A DNA stretch of 64,000 nt from Truepera sp. (GTDB taxonomy: Bacteria > Deinococcota > Deinococci > Deinococcales > Trueperaceae). Below the pieces are notes generated by a model. The model searched no databases. It worked only from the letters and a program-made list of their open reading frames with translations, and was not told the origin of the DNA. Shown piece after piece: positions 63,031 to 64,000 of the stretch. The translations under genes were made by a program, and so were the position numbers. Position 1 is the first letter of the stretch. Each line of letters starts with the position of its first letter. The DNA lies in contig CBDCKW010000009.1 of the NCBI GenBank assembly GCA_965218435.1, positions 2,880,001 through 2,944,000 on the forward strand, in the 5' to 3' direction.

Positions 63031-63090
63031 CAACACCTGAAACAGCGCCCTCGGTATAAGCAGAGCTTAAGGACGCTGTTTCAGGTGTTG
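63031..63090. repeat. Perfect 17-bp inverted repeat
   Basis: CAACACCTGAAACAGCG-N26-CGCTGTTTCAGGTGTTG in the gap between convergent genes. Confidence 0.85.
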
Positions 63091-63204
63091 CCCTCTGGCG
63101 GTTCAAAAGTGTACCGGCTAGACTTCTGCCTTTTCAAAAAAACTATCCGGCAACGGGCTCGAGCCCATCGTTAGCGTAAGTTTACAGCGCAAGGTTACGG
63201 CAGA

Positions 63205-63585
63205 CTAACGCCCCAGCACCCGGCTGAGCAGCAGGTCAACCGGTGCGTCGCCGCCGACGCGCCGCGCTTCACAGCCAGCGGTGTCACGGCAGAGCGAGAC
63301 GTAGCGGTAGCGCCGCCCTTTAGAACCGGGAACTTCGGCGCGAAAAAGCTGCAGGTGGTGACGCGAGGCGCTCCACTTACAGAGGTCACAGCAGAGCTGC
63401 GTCGAGGCGTTACCGGCTGGCGCGACCGGCGCGAGCAGGGCGACTTCGGTACCGTCGCGCAGCAGGCGTAGCAGCCCGCCTTCGGCCAGCTCGAAACGGT
63501 AGGGTTCGGGCAATGGGATGAGCGCCATGTCCGTACCGGGAAAAAGCGATAAGACGATCTCTCTGGCACTATAGGTTTTACTCAT
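63205..63585 (-). CDS. FBP C-terminal-like (treble-clef zinc finger) protein
   Basis: CCDLC...YVSLC...C cysteine pattern resembling the FusB-family C-terminal domain. Confidence 0.6.
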   Translation of the reverse strand: MSKTYSAREIVLSLFPGTDMALIPLPEPYRFELAEGGLLRLLRDGTEVALLAPVAPAGNASTQLCCDLCKWSASRHHLQLFRAEVPGSKGRRYRYVSLCRDTAGCEARRVGGDAPVDLLLSRVLGR

Positions 63586-63837
63586 GGGTTTTGTTCGTCT
63601 TTCGCAAATATGGGTGTAGGCGCGGTACAGCTGTCAACGTCACTCATAGTAGGTCAAGTATACGGCCTAGCTAGCTGCTACGCTTGTAAAGTGGCTCGAG
63701 CGAGGTCGCCCCGACGCGTTTTGCAACGCTCCCGCAATTTGTACGCGGAAACAATTTTCGTAGCGGAGTCAGGTAGAGGTTTTGTTTGGGGTTGGCGCTT
63801 TTAGAATATGTCCGGGGCCAGCTCTTGAGTCACCTCG

Positions 63838-64000
63838 TTACGGCTCGCCGGGGAAGACGTCGAGCTGCGCGGCGTCTAAGGTATTTGAGATGTTGTATTG
63901 GGGTTTGCCGCCTTCAGGAAACCGCACCGTAAAGATGTTCCAACCCGTTTTAAGCTCATAGGTCTGGCCACCGGCCCCAAGCGTCGTGTCGGCGTCAACG
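63838..64000 (-). CDS. C-terminus of a hypothetical protein (5' part outside the window)
   Basis: Open frame VDADTTLGAGGQTYELKTGWNIFTV...FPGEP, stop at 63838-63840. Confidence 0.6.
   Translation of the reverse strand, partial: VDADTTLGAGGQTYELKTGWNIFTVRFPEGGKPQYNISNTLDAAQLDVFPGEP

Overview
A GC-rich chromosomal segment from a Deinococcota bacterium, most likely Trueperaceae/Thermales-related. The evidence is the 16S signature sequences, the short EF-Ts, an unlinked 16S gene and widespread leaderless genes. Most of it is housekeeping (PBP1A, pdxT, ppa, lipB-lipA, cdsA, rpsB-tsf-pyrH-frr, gatB, hslO, coaD, meaB, gpsA, tmk, plsY, bshB1) interleaved with transport and regulatory modules. There are three accessory patches: a solitary Mrr gene (11.7-12.6 kb); an HTH/GNAT/HigBA/small-ORF patch (16.6-19.5 kb); and an IS-scarred patch (41.8-45.9 kb) with an IS982, two IS5-family elements and truncated vapC and SDR genes. 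The main signals not explained by gene annotation are: (1) the palindrome CTCGAG occurs about 150 times by manual count versus about 20 expected from composition, and is absent from the IS elements and the 16S locus; (2) the stand-alone 16S gene has its promoter + boxA-like + processing-stem leader present twice, and both copies can pair with a single 3' trailer; (3) a candidate leader-peptide attenuator (MSPMMIFVTC plus hairpins) precedes a small ORF and a GNAT; (4) the inverted repeats of one IS5 supply in-frame start codons ('MSPEP') to truncated genes on both sides; (5) an unannotated leaderless 52-aa membrane peptide follows higBA. No CRISPR array, tRNA, prophage or multi-gene defence system was seen. 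All family assignments come from motif recognition by eye, not database searches.
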